Below are positions 23,918-36,511 of a stretch of 64,000 bases of DNA, piece after piece (position 1 is the stretch's first letter; every line of letters starts with the position of its first letter). The stretch comes from an uncultured Chthoniobacter sp. (GTDB taxonomy: Bacteria; Verrucomicrobiota; Verrucomicrobiia; Chthoniobacterales; Chthoniobacteraceae). The stretch spans positions 2,754 through 66,753 of the forward strand of contig CAIQUL010000245.1 of assembly GCA_903874975.1 (NCBI GenBank). Direction: 5' to 3'. Made by a program: the position numbers and the translations under genes. The notes below the pieces were generated by a model. That model worked only from the letters and a program-made list of their open reading frames with translations. It was not told the origin of the DNA and ran no database searches.

Positions 23918-26581
23918 TCACGACCGGGTGATGGTTTCGTGGAGGTTCAGCAGCACGCGGGCGACGTGCGTCCAGGCGGCAAGTTCCGCTTTGTCCAAGT
24001 CGGCGGGCACCGGGGCTAGGCCGCTCTTGAGCAGCGCCTCGGCGGCGGGGACGTCGGCGCGGTAGGCGGCGAGACGCTCGGCGAAAAGGGCGCTCATCGC
24101 TTTCGCCTCCTCGCTGCTCGGTGGGCGCTGGAGCGCCCGCTGCCAGGCCCACGCGATGCGCTGCTCGGACGTGCCTTTGCACTCGCTCAGGATGCGCGCG
24201 GCAAAGGCGCGGGCGGCCTCGACGTAGCTCGGGTCGTTGAGCAGCACGAGCGCCTGCTGCGGGATGTTCGAGCGGTTGCGTTCGGCGGCGCACTCCTCGC
24301 GCGTCGGGGCGTCGAAGGCGAGCATGCTGGGATGCACGAAGCTGCGCTGCCACCACGTGTAGATCCCGCGCCGGTATTGGCTTTCGCCGGGGTCGGCCTG
24401 GTAGGTGCGGACGGGAAAGTTCAGGTTCTCCCAATAGCGATCCGGCTGGTAGGGCCGCACGCTCGGGCCGCCGATTTTCGGGACGAGCAGGCCGGAGATC
24501 GCGAGCGCGTTGTCGCGCACCAGCTCGGCGTCCACGCGGAAGCGGCTCTGGCGGGCGTGTTCGCGGTTAAATGGATCAGCGGCGAGCAGCTCGGGCGTCA
24601 CGGTCGAGACCTGGCGGTAGGCGTGGCTGCTCACGATGCCGCGGACCATGCGCTTGAAATCCCAGCCGCCATCCATGAACTCGCACGCCAGCCAGTCGAG
24701 CAGCGCGGGGTTCGCGGGCGTCTCGCCCTGCGCGCCGAGGTCGTCCAGCACCTTGCTCAGGCCGGTGCCGAAAAACTGCTTCCACAGCCGGTTCATCACG
24801 GTGCGCGCGGTCAGCGGGTTGTCGCGCGCCACGAGCCACTGCGCGAGGTCCAGCCGCGTGGCCTCGCGGCCCTCGATCTTCGGCTGCGGCAGATAGTGCG
24901 GCAGCGCGGCCTTCACGACCTCGCCGCTTTCATCCAGGAAATTTCCGCGTGCGAGGATGCGCACCGTCCGCGGTTTGCCGCTCATCGAGACCATGACCCG
25001 CGGCAGGTTGTCGTCCAATTTCTTGCGCTGCCCCTCCAGACTCGCCACTGCCGTGCGCTCCGCCTGGCCGATCTTCGCCACCTTTGCGCGGAAGTAGTCC
25101 CGCACCACCACCGGCTCATTCCCGCCGCGATCCTTCGGCTCCTTGCCCAAAATATCCGCCACCTGCTTGGCCGTCTTTTTGTCCCCTGCCGAAGCCCGCG
25201 AGCCGGATTCCAGCTCCGGCAGCACGATCGCCGGCTGCGGCAGCTCCTTCGCCTTCGCGGATTCCTTCGCCGCCTCCCCTTCCCCGGCCGGTTTCTGCTC
25301 CTTCTCCGCGGCTTCCGCAGCCTTGCGCTTCGCGATTTCCTCATCGCGCTTCGCCATCAGCCCGGCCTCCCACGTCTTCTGCTCCGCGTCGAATTGCCCA
25401 TCCAGCGCGGCGACCTTCTTTTTCGCCTCCGCGATCTCCCCATCCAGCTTCGCCACCTGCTGCTCGTGCTCCGGCGACGGCGCAGCCATGCCCTGGTCGC
25501 GCTTGCCGATGGACTTCTCCTGGAGGTCTGCGAAGAACGCGCCGAGCGAGTAGAAATCCCGCGCGGTGATCGGATCGAACTTGTGATCATGGCACTGCGC
25601 GCAGCCCGTCGTCTGCCCCATCCACGCCGAGCCGATGGCCCGCACGCGGTCGGTCACCGCGCGGGCCTCGTAATCCTTCGCCTGCGCGCCGCCCTCCTCG
25701 GTCGAGAGGATCAGGAGGTTGAAAGCCGAGCCGATCCGCGTCTGCGCGGTGGCATCCGGCAGCAGATCGCCCGCGACCTGCTCAATGGTGAAGCGGTCGA
25801 AGGGCTTGTTCTCATTAAAGGCGCGGATCACCCAGTCCCGATACGGCCAGACGTTGTGCGGGTTGTCGCTGTGGTAGCCGATGGTGTCCGCGAAGCGCAC
25901 CACATCCAGCCAGCCGAGAGCCATGCGCTCGCCGTAGTGCGGGTTCGCCATCAGCCGGTCCACGACCTTCTCGTAGGCATCGGGCGCAGTGTCTTTCACA
26001 AACGCCTCCAGCTCCTGCGGCGTCGGCGGCAGCCCCGTCAGGTCGAAAGACACGCGCCGGATCAGTGTCCGCCGGTCGGCCTCCAGCGACGGCTTCAACC
26101 CCAGCTCCGCGAGCCGTTTTTCCACGAGAAAATCCACGCCCTTCTTCCCCGCCGGGATCACCGCCTTCACCGGCGCCTCGTAGGCCCAGTGCTTCTGGTA
26201 AACCGCCCCCTGCGCGATCCACTGCTTGAGAATTTCCTTCTGCCGCCCCGTCAGCTCCTTGTGCGCCTTCGGCGGCGGCATCAGTTCGTCCTTGTCGCTC
26301 GTGAAAAGCCGCCGCACCACCTCGCTCTTCTCCGGCTTCCCCGGCACGATCGGCGTCTCGCCGGACTCCGCCGGCTTCAGCGCCTCCTCGCGGATGTCCA
26401 GCCGCAGCTTCGCCTCGCGCGCCTTTGCATCCGGCCCGTGGCAGTGAAAGCAAGTGTCCGAGAGAATCGGCCGCACATCGCGGTTGTACTCGATCTTTGC
26501 CGGTACCGGCGGCTCGGCGGCGAAAGCGGTCGCGGCGAGCGCGGTGAAAAGGCACAGGGCGTGGGGCGGGCGAAAAGACAT
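23918..26581 (-). CDS. PSCyt1 / DUF1549 / DUF1553 domain protein (Planctomycete cytochrome-c-like family)
   Basis: Internal start MSFRPPHALCLFTALAATAFA (signal peptide) in ORF 23918..27379. Contains NRDVRPILSDTCFHCHGPD (PSCyt1), DRRTLIRRVSFDLTGLPPT (DUF1549), a coiled-coil Lys/Glu-rich linker and CAQCHDHKFDP. The DUF1553 region runs through FDAPTREECAAERNRSNIPQQALVLLNDP. Confidence 0.9.
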   Translation of the reverse strand: MSFRPPHALCLFTALAATAFAAEPPVPAKIEYNRDVRPILSDTCFHCHGPDAKAREAKLRLDIREEALKPAESGETPIVPGKPEKSEVVRRLFTSDKDELMPPPKAHKELTGRQKEILKQWIAQGAVYQKHWAYEAPVKAVIPAGKKGVDFLVEKRLAELGLKPSLEADRRTLIRRVSFDLTGLPPTPQELEAFVKDTAPDAYEKVVDRLMANPHYGERMALGWLDVVRFADTIGYHSDNPHNVWPYRDWVIRAFNENKPFDRFTIEQVAGDLLPDATAQTRIGSAFNLLILSTEEGGAQAKDYEARAVTDRVRAIGSAWMGQTTGCAQCHDHKFDPITARDFYSLGAFFADLQEKSIGKRDQGMAAPSPEHEQQVAKLDGEIAEAKKKVAALDGQFDAEQKTWEAGLMAKRDEEIAKRKAAEAAEKEQKPAGEGEAAKESAKAKELPQPAIVLPELESGSRASAGDKKTAKQVADILGKEPKDRGGNEPVVVRDYFRAKVAKIGQAERTAVASLEGQRKKLDDNLPRVMVSMSGKPRTVRILARGNFLDESGEVVKAALPHYLPQPKIEGREATRLDLAQWLVARDNPLTARTVMNRLWKQFFGTGLSKVLDDLGAQGETPANPALLDWLACEFMDGGWDFKRMVRGIVSSHAYRQVSTVTPELLAADPFNREHARQSRFRVDAELVRDNALAISGLLVPKIGGPSVRPYQPDRYWENLNFPVRTYQADPGESQYRRGIYTWWQRSFVHPSMLAFDAPTREECAAERNRSNIPQQALVLLNDPSYVEAARAFAARILSECKGTSEQRIAWAWQRALQRPPSSEEAKAMSALFAERLAAYRADVPAAEALLKSGLAPVPADLDKAELAAWTHVARVLLNLHETITRS

Positions 26582-26749
26582 GGTGTGAGAAAGGAGACGA
26601 TAGATAAACCCGGCGGCGGAAAAACCAGTAGGCATTTCCTCGCCTCGCCGGTCGGGCGGGGATAAAGGGGGCGGGAATGACTTTGCACCTTTGCCGCCGG
26701 AGGTTGCGCCCCGCGGGCGCTGGGTGGGGCGCGGGCTGGTGAGCTGGCC

Positions 26750-27513
26750 GGTAGTGATCGGGCAGCCGAGGTCGATCCAGCGGGCAAACATCATCTTTTC
26801 ATCCTCGCTCAGCGGCGGGACCGCGCTCCCGGGCGGCGGCATGATCGTGCCGGTGCAATCCAGATCGGCCGCGTTGCGATCGGCGCCGAGCGGAAGTGTC
26901 GCGGGGTTTCCCGGCGCGCTTTCGGTGGGTGATCGGCGTTGGTCCAGCCATCCATGCGGCGGCCGAAAATTTTCCACGTGAGCAGCGAGCGGCGGCTCTG
27001 GAAGGCGCGGATGTAGCGGCTCGCATTGGTCTGCCGCCAAGTGCGGTTGCCGATGATCGGCGGGTGACCCCACTGCGCATTTTGATCCGCGGCGAGGCGC
27101 GCGTAATCGCCGGTCAGCGGGGGCCGTCCATTCGTGCCGGGGACGTTCGCGGTTTGATCGAGCACGAGATTGCCGGCGGCAGTCGCGGTGTCGCGACACG
27201 TGACGCAGCTGCGCGTGAGCACCGGCCGGATGTCGCGCAGGAATTCCCCATTGCGTGCTCCAGCGGCGAAGTTTTGCACCACGGTCTGCCCATCGCCATT
27301 CTTCGTGAGCAGCGGGGTGAGCGCGTGCGGCGTGCCGCGCGGCAGTTCGGGATGCCGCGTGCCGTCGTTCGGCAGCCACGGAAGCCGCGTGGGTTCATCG
27401 ACGCCATGCACGGCGCGATATGGGACTACGGCGCGCGGCCACGCTGCATTGAAGGCGGGGTCGTTTTTGATGAGCACGAGCCCCGCCGGACCGCCACCTG
27501 GTCCGGTGGACAT
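26750..27513 (-). pseudogene. 5'-truncated and frameshifted fragment of a larger secreted protein (family with C-terminal ...ADLDCTGTIMPPP...ARWIDLGCPI)
   Basis: ORF 26809..27513 (..LVLIKNDPAFNAAWPRAVVPYRAVHGVDEP..SCVTCRDT..SRYIRAFQSRRSLLTWKIFGRRMDGWTNADHP) loses homology at about 26921-26931. It continues in the frame of ORF 23918..27379 (TESAPGNPATLPLGADRNAADLDCTGTIMPPPGSAVPPLSEDEKMMFARWIDLGCPI). No N-terminal part or signal peptide is present. Confidence 0.6.
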
Positions 27514-27761
27514 TGGTTATCCGTCACCGGCCGCAGTGCCTCGCACACCTCCCGTGCCGCCGCCGCGGCCTTGCGGCGCTGGTCCACGAAGTTGCGCGCG
27601 CAATCATACTCATCCTTGGTCAGGACCGCGGCGAGTTTCCGCCACGTGGGATTCCCCAGCACCAGCACCACCGCTTTGGTGTTGCTGAAAATCTGCTTGG
27701 CGACATCCCGCACCGTCAGGGCGCGGAGCTTCAACAGCCGGTTAAAATTGGGGTTCAGCAT
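27426..27761 (-). CDS. small hypothetical protein immediately 3' of tRNA-Ser (speculative)
   Basis: ORF 27426..27809. The most protein-like part is MLNPNFNRLLKLRALTVRDVAKQIFSNTKAVVLVLGNPTWRKLAAVLTKDEYDCARNFVDQRRK. GC content looks lower than the surroundings. No family recognised, and the 3' part overlaps the pseudogene fragment. Confidence 0.25.
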   Translation of the reverse strand: MLNPNFNRLLKLRALTVRDVAKQIFSNTKAVVLVLGNPTWRKLAAVLTKDEYDCARNFVDQRRKAAAAAREVCEALRPVTDNQCPPDQVAVRRGSCSSKTTPPSMQRGRAP

Positions 27762-27825
27762 AATCTCCCCCGTCCTTATTGTGAGCCTTGTCCCACTTTT
27801 GTCCCACAAAGGCCGATTTACAGAG

Positions 27826-27917
27826 TGGCGGAAGGGGGGGGATTCGAACCCCCGAAACGTTTAACCGTTTGTTCGATTTCGAGTCGAGTGCATTCAACCG
27901 GGCTCTGCCACCCTTCC
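27826..27917 (-). tRNA. tRNA-Ser (anticodon CGA), type II with long variable arm, CCA encoded
   Basis: Reverse complement folds by hand as GGAAGGG-TG-GCAGAGCCCGGTTGAATGCA-CTCGA-CT[CGA]AA-TCGAA-C-AAACGGTTAAACGTTT-CG-GGGGGTTCGAATCCCCC-CCCTTCC-G-CCA. It has a 7-bp acceptor stem, a TTCGAAT T-loop, an AAACG/CGTTT variable arm, and is close to E. coli tRNA-Ser. Confidence 0.95.
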
Positions 27918-28013
27918 GTTGCGGTAGGCGGGAGAGTTAGCACCGCGCGCGCCGCCGGGCCAGCGCTTTTTTCCAGCCCGGAGAATGCAGGATCCACCAC
28001 CGACTCCGCTATT

Positions 28014-28463
28014 TCACGGCGTGGCGGCGAAGAGAATCTTCCACCCGAGCGCCGCAACTCCGCCGGCTAGGTAGCCCACGGCGACCACGCCGATGGCGAC
28101 GGGCGCGATCGCGTTCACGCCCACGGCCGCCAATCCGGCGACGGCCACGATCCCGAGCGAGAATACCCCGATGCTCACCGCGCCAATCGCCACGAAACCA
28201 GTCGCCACAATCCCGACCGCGATGCCGCCCACCGCGCGCTGGCCCACAGCGATGAGCCCGCGCGCCACACGCGGGCGCCCATCCGCGCCGTTGCCAAAGG
28301 CGACATGAATCACCGGCGAACCCATCCACAGCATTTCCGTGCGCCACTCATAGCCCTCGCCGCGCCACTCAGTCAGTCCCGGTCGCGGCGCGTCGCAATG
28401 CGGGCAAAAGGCCAGCCGCGAGTCCACGGGTTCGGCGCATTGGCGGCAGGGTGCGAGAGGCAT
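28014..28463 (-). CDS. zinc-ribbon domain membrane protein
   Basis: N-terminal CRQC...CPHC zinc ribbon followed by Gly/Ala/Val/Ile-rich transmembrane segments (GIAVGIVATGFVAIGAVSIGVFSLGIVAVAGLAAVGV...). Confidence 0.6.
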   Translation of the reverse strand: MPLAPCRQCAEPVDSRLAFCPHCDAPRPGLTEWRGEGYEWRTEMLWMGSPVIHVAFGNGADGRPRVARGLIAVGQRAVGGIAVGIVATGFVAIGAVSIGVFSLGIVAVAGLAAVGVNAIAPVAIGVVAVGYLAGGVAALGWKILFAATP

Positions 28464-28502
28464 GCCGCGATGATGTGGCGGTGCGCGGCAGGTGGCGCGA
28501 GC

Positions 28503-29110
28503 CTAAATCACGTCGTTCCCGGCCTCCGCGGCCTCGATGTAAAATAGCTCGCACGCGCCATTGCCGGTGTCGGTCCGCGTCAGCGAAGTCGGCCAGCGGA
28601 AGCCATCCGCCTTGGTCGCATTGACGAGATAGCCGCGCAGCTTGACCACCTGCCCGGCGCGCAGTTTGCGAATGACTCCGGCAACCTGCGGGTTGGCGGC
28701 GATGACGTGGTTGTTCGCCGCATGACAGGCGATCTCCCTTTCCGGAATCGGCGGCTCATTTTGCCACTCGTAAAAAAGAAACGGTTGCCGTGCGAGACGT
28801 CGAGCCGGTCGAGCACCGCCTGATCGGACATCGGCCCCCAGCCCAGCGCCACGTCGTAGGGCACGAGGTCGGCAGTATCGGCCCAGGAGCGCTTCGTGCG
28901 GAGCACGCGCGCCTGAATGGCGTAGGTGGCCACGGCGGTGAGTTGGAAACCGTGGACGTCGCCGAGCGGCTGCGCGGCGATCAAGCGCTGCACGGGTTCC
29001 GCGGCGATCAGCACACCCGGCGGGTGCCGCCGCGCGCTCTGCGGCCAGAGCCAGCAGCCGGCCCCGCCCACCAGCACCGCGAAGATTGCCCGGCGCAGCC
29101 ACGGCTTCAT
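28503..29110 (-). pseudogene. conserved hypothetical membrane-anchored protein with a frameshift in a T-run
   Basis: The N-terminal part is in the frame of ORF 28580..29383, from MKPWLRRAIFAVLVGGAGCW to ...LDVSHGNRFFF. The C-terminal part is in the frame of ORF 28503..29102 (..FLFYEWQNEPPIPEREIACHAANNHVIAANPQ...TDTGNGACELFYIEAAEA). The switch occurs in TTTCTTTTTT (plus-strand A6 at 28772-28777). Confidence 0.65.
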
Positions 29111-29173
29111 GGGAGTGGATTCATTGCTCCGTCGAAAAAGCAGATCGTGCGCCTCGCACGTGTGGCGCAGTTT

Positions 29174-29349
29174 CCGGGTGGAGCACTCGACCCGAGTGCG
29201 GTCTGCGGCGACCCGCCAGAGACACGGGTGCGCGGGTCGCTTCGGGATGACCGGGTGCATTGACAGCCGTGCGCCCACAGTCTTTGCGGCGGGTCGCCGC
29301 CAAAGGCACCCGGATCGGGTGCTCCACCCGGAACTCGCGGCGACCCGCC
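29174..29349. repeat. large nested palindromic element (two perfect 13-bp stems plus local competing hairpins) in a 328-bp non-coding gap
   Basis: CCGGGTGGAGCAC (29174-29186) is the reverse complement of GTGCTCCACCCGG (29319-29331). GCGGCGACCCGCC (29205-29217) is the reverse complement of GGCGGGTCGCCGC (29288-29300), and a third direct copy lies at 29337-29349. Local hairpins GCACTC-GACCC-GAGTGC and CACCCG-GAT-CGGGTG overlap the outer stem strands. Confidence 0.9.
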
Positions 29350-29438
29350 TCCTTTGGGCAGAGAGAAGACCGCGGAGCGGCACAAAGCAGCTTGGATTTC
29401 AGCTCTATCGGGCCGGGAGCTTTGGGCCGCAGCCCCAG

Positions 29439-31001
29439 CTACTTGGCCGCCGCGCCTTTCGTGATCCGCACCCGGTCGATCTCCTCGCCGTCGATGCTGA
29501 TCTGCTTCAGCACGAGTTCCGCCGGGCTCAGCTCGATGAGTGAAAACGAGTGCTTGTCCGCGATATACTTCGCAGTCAGCGGCACGTAGTTGCCGGGGTT
29601 GTCCTTCGCGAGTTGCGCCACCGTTTTGTCGTAGTCCTTCGCGTTGTAAAGCGGCGCGCCACCACCGCCGGAGACGACGTGGATGATCCCGCGCGGCTCG
29701 GTTTTCGTCACGCCGTCGAACTCCTCGTCGAACACGAAGTCGCCGTTCACCCGCCCGCGCGCGTCGCGCACCGCCGGGTTCGGCGTGAAGCGCAGCGGCT
29801 TCGAGCGCTGGTAGTTGTGAACGTGCCCGGCGAAGACCAGGTCCACGCCGCCCGCCGCGAAGACCGGCTCCAGCAGTCGCATCTTTTGCTCGGTGTAGTG
29901 CTGCGGCGAGGTGTGAAACGCGGGCGCGTGAAAGCACACGATTTTCCACGGCTGCTGCGACGCCCGCAGATCCTGCTCCAGCCACGGCACGAGTTGCAGG
30001 AAGCTCGCGGTGTTGTAGCCGTTTGTGTCGAGCACGACGAAATGCGCGGGGCCGTAGTCGAACGAATACACGCACAGCGCCGGATAGCTCGCGCCCACCG
30101 CCGCGCGAAAAGCCTCCGCGACTGTCGCATCCTTGCCCAGCGGCGGATTCCACGGACCGAGGCCGGGGCCGTTCTGCGGTCCGTGGAAAAAATAAAACGC
30201 CCCGTAAGCGTCGCGCGTCTCCGGGAGCCGCAGCGTGTCCGCGTCGTGGTTGCCGATCACGGGGTAAAACGGGATCGACGCCATCAGCGGCGCGCCGGTC
30301 TTCGCACTGGTCGCGGGCGGATCGTTGTAGGTCGTCCAAAAGTGATGCAGATACTCGCTCACGCGGCCCGCCGAATAGACGATGTCGCCCAGCGCCACGA
30401 GGAACTCAGGCGCGGCTTTTGAGATTTGAAACGCGATCGCGTTCTGCTCCGCCTTGCCCTGCGCGAGGTCGCCGACCATCACAAACCGGACCGTCTTCCC
30501 GGCGCTCGCGCGCGTGCGGAATTCCCCCTCGCGCACCACCGTCCCGCCGAGCCGCACCCGATACGCCACCTCGCTATCGAACGGCAGCTCCGTCAGCGTG
30601 GCCGCGTATTTGAAATACCGCTGCTCCTTCGGCGAAAGCGGCGGTGCCAGCGCCTTGATGATGTCCTTCGTCACCTCCTCCAGCGTCACGGGAATACTGC
30701 TCCCCGACGCGGTGGCTGCAGCTGTCGCTGCGGGCGTGGCCTGGACCGCGGCGGATTTTTCCACCTGAAAATCCAGCGCCACGCGCTCCGGCGCCGCCGT
30801 CTTCAGCGCCCCGCCCTCGACCGCATACTCGACGGTGAAATTTCCCGGCGTCTGATCCGTCAGCCACGCGATCACCTTCACATCCGCGCCTTCCAGCACG
30901 GTGCCGTTGCCCGGCTGGACATACGGTTTCACCAGCACCGTCTGCGCGAACAGGGCCGACGGGAGGAGCCACACGGAAAGCAGGAGGCGCGAAAAGTTCA
31001 T
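29439..31001 (-). CDS. secreted metallophosphoesterase (purple acid phosphatase-like)
   Basis: Has a signal peptide (MNFSRLLLSVWLLPSALFA) and the calcineurin-like motif series VMVGDLAQG, ALGDIVYSAG, VIGNHD, VCFHAP and AGHVHNYQRS. Confidence 0.85.
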   Translation of the reverse strand: MNFSRLLLSVWLLPSALFAQTVLVKPYVQPGNGTVLEGADVKVIAWLTDQTPGNFTVEYAVEGGALKTAAPERVALDFQVEKSAAVQATPAATAAATASGSSIPVTLEEVTKDIIKALAPPLSPKEQRYFKYAATLTELPFDSEVAYRVRLGGTVVREGEFRTRASAGKTVRFVMVGDLAQGKAEQNAIAFQISKAAPEFLVALGDIVYSAGRVSEYLHHFWTTYNDPPATSAKTGAPLMASIPFYPVIGNHDADTLRLPETRDAYGAFYFFHGPQNGPGLGPWNPPLGKDATVAEAFRAAVGASYPALCVYSFDYGPAHFVVLDTNGYNTASFLQLVPWLEQDLRASQQPWKIVCFHAPAFHTSPQHYTEQKMRLLEPVFAAGGVDLVFAGHVHNYQRSKPLRFTPNPAVRDARGRVNGDFVFDEEFDGVTKTEPRGIIHVVSGGGGAPLYNAKDYDKTVAQLAKDNPGNYVPLTAKYIADKHSFSLIELSPAELVLKQISIDGEEIDRVRITKGAAAK

Positions 31002-31067
31002 GGAGTGGAAAGAGGCACGCCGCGGCGACGGCGGGGTGCGTGGATATTCCCGGCGAGTGGGAAAAAC

Positions 31068-34883
<3,816 letters not shown>

Positions 34884-34998
34884 AAGCGTGAAGAAATAGA
34901 CGCAAGCGCCCACCGCGCCGCAAGAAACAAATAATCCCATCATGATGGGACGATGGGTGGGCGGGGACCACTCCGGCCCGCGAACTACCTGGCCCTGC

Positions 34999-35532
34999 TC
35001 AGAACGTCAGAAACGCCTTGATTGCCGTGCCGGGGAGATTTTTCCGCCCGTCGAGAAACTCCAGCTCGATAAGAAACTGCGCCAGCACCAGTTCCGCGCC
35101 CATTTTCCCAATCAGCTTCACTGCCGCCGCCGCCGTGCCGCCGGTGGCGAGGAGGTCGTCAATGAGCACCACGCGCTCGCCGGGGCGCAGCGCGTCGATG
35201 TGCATCTCCACCACCGCCTCCCCATACTCGAGCGTGTAGGCCGCGCTCTGGCAGGTGAACGGCAGCTTGCCCTTTTTTCGCACCGGCACAAAGCCGACCC
35301 CGAGTTCATACGCCACCGCCGCGCCGAAGAGAAAACCGCGCGCGTCGATGCCAACGACTTTCTCGATCCCGAGCGGACGGGCGCTCTCGACGAAGGCGTC
35401 GATGGAGAGTTTGAACAGCGCGCCGTCGGCGAGGATGGGCGTGATGTCTTTGAAAAGGATGCCGGGCTTCGGAAAGTCGGGCACATCGCGGATGGCGGCG
35501 CGGAGCGGGGCTAGGTCGAGGGTGGTCGGCAT
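34999..35532 (-). CDS. apt: adenine phosphoribosyltransferase
   Basis: Internal start MPTTLDL. Contains [14 protein letters not shown] and the PRPP-binding motif [14 protein letters not shown]. Confidence 0.9.
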   Translation of the reverse strand: MPTTLDLAPLRAAIRDVPDFPKPGILFKDITPILADGALFKLSIDAFVESARPLGIEKVVGIDARGFLFGAAVAYELGVGFVPVRKKGKLPFTCQSAAYTLEYGEAVVEMHIDALRPGERVVLIDDLLATGGTAAAAVKLIGKMGAELVLAQFLIELEFLDGRKNLPGTAIKAFLTF

Positions 35533-35586
35533 AATGGCGGGCGTTGTGGCAGACGGGTTGGGCGGGGCAAGCGGCAAATGAAGAGC

Positions 35587-35649
35587 GACGAATGACGATT
35601 GAAATCCGAAGCACAACAAACCTTCGCCCGACATTCTTCGTCATTCGTC
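35587..35649. repeat. 12-bp perfect inverted repeat GACGAATGACGA / TCGTCATTCGTC with a nested CGAAG/CTTCG stem (GAATGACGA motif family)
   Basis: Read directly at 35587-35598 and 35638-35649, with 39 nt between them. It lies in the divergent apt / hem intergenic region, 65 nt upstream of the hemX-like start. Confidence 0.9.
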
Positions 35650-35713
35650 ATTCCTCCACCGCCCCACGTTTGCCAAACCCCGACCCACCCGATAGCTTCC
35701 CCGCCCTTTCCGC

Positions 35714-36508
35714 ATGGACCGCCTGCTTCTGGTCATATCCACTTTCTGTTTCCTGTTTGGGTTTGCCTACACCGTGCATGCCCTCCGGGCGCGCGTGTAC
35801 CGGGCTTCGCGGCTGAATCTCATCGCCATCCTCACGGGCTTCCTCGCCCAGACGGCGTTCCTTTACCTGCGCGGCGAGACGCTCGGGCGCTGTCCGCTCA
35901 CGAACCGCTTCGAGGTGCTCATCTTCCTGAGTTGGTCGCTGGTGCTTTTCTATCTGCTCATCGGCCCGGCCTATCGGCTGTCGCTGCTCGGGGCGTTCAC
36001 CTCGCCGCTGGTTTTCCTCTTTCAAAGTGGCGCGCTGCTGCTGGTCGCGGACACGACCTCGAAGCCGCGGCTCGCGCCCAATGCCTGGCTGGAGCTGCAC
36101 GCCGCCATCTCGGTCGTCGCCTATGGCGCATTCGCTTTGGCCTGCGTGGCGGGCGTGATGTATCTCGCCCAGGAGCGCCAACTGAAGACGCATCACATCC
36201 ACTCGATCTTCTATCACCTCCCGCCGATCCGCGATCTGGCGGTCGCGAACGCGCGGCTGATCATCGTGGGCTTCGCGCTGCTCACCGTCGGGCTCGGCGC
36301 GGGCTTCAAGCTCGGCAGCGTCTTCACGCACTCGCCGCTCACGGCGTGGTCCGTGGTGGTCTGGCTGCTCTATGGCGTGCTCGCGACGCTGGGCGGGTTG
36401 CGGCGAATCAGTCCGCGCCGCGTGGCGTGGCTGTCGGTCGCGGCGTTTGGCGCCGTGCTGCTCACGCTCGGCGGGCTGCGCTTTGTCACGGAAACGGGAG
36501 CGCTCTGA
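35714..36508 (+). CDS. cytochrome c assembly family membrane protein (HemX/CcsA-like)
   Basis: Polytopic membrane protein (8 or so hydrophobic segments) immediately upstream of hemA, as with hemX in hemAXC-type operons. The WLELHAAISVVAYGAF region resembles the CcsA tryptophan-rich/His region. Confidence 0.7.
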   Translation: MDRLLLVISTFCFLFGFAYTVHALRARVYRASRLNLIAILTGFLAQTAFLYLRGETLGRCPLTNRFEVLIFLSWSLVLFYLLIGPAYRLSLLGAFTSPLVFLFQSGALLLVADTTSKPRLAPNAWLELHAAISVVAYGAFALACVAGVMYLAQERQLKTHHIHSIFYHLPPIRDLAVANARLIIVGFALLTVGLGAGFKLGSVFTHSPLTAWSVVVWLLYGVLATLGGLRRISPRRVAWLSVAAFGAVLLTLGGLRFVTETGAL

Positions 36509-36511
36509 CCG

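Noticed and set aside
23918-27379. Long N-terminal extensions offered by the ORF track (for example 1153 aa for the PSCyt gene, 401 aa for manA, 358 aa for the Fur-family gene, 938 aa for the VWA gene, 435 aa for mraY).
   Set aside because: The extensions are Arg/Pro-rich and overlap upstream genes or regulatory DNA. Each is followed by an internal Met that begins a signal peptide or the conserved family N-terminus, often with an ATGA/GTGA overlap to the upstream stop. Internal starts were used instead.
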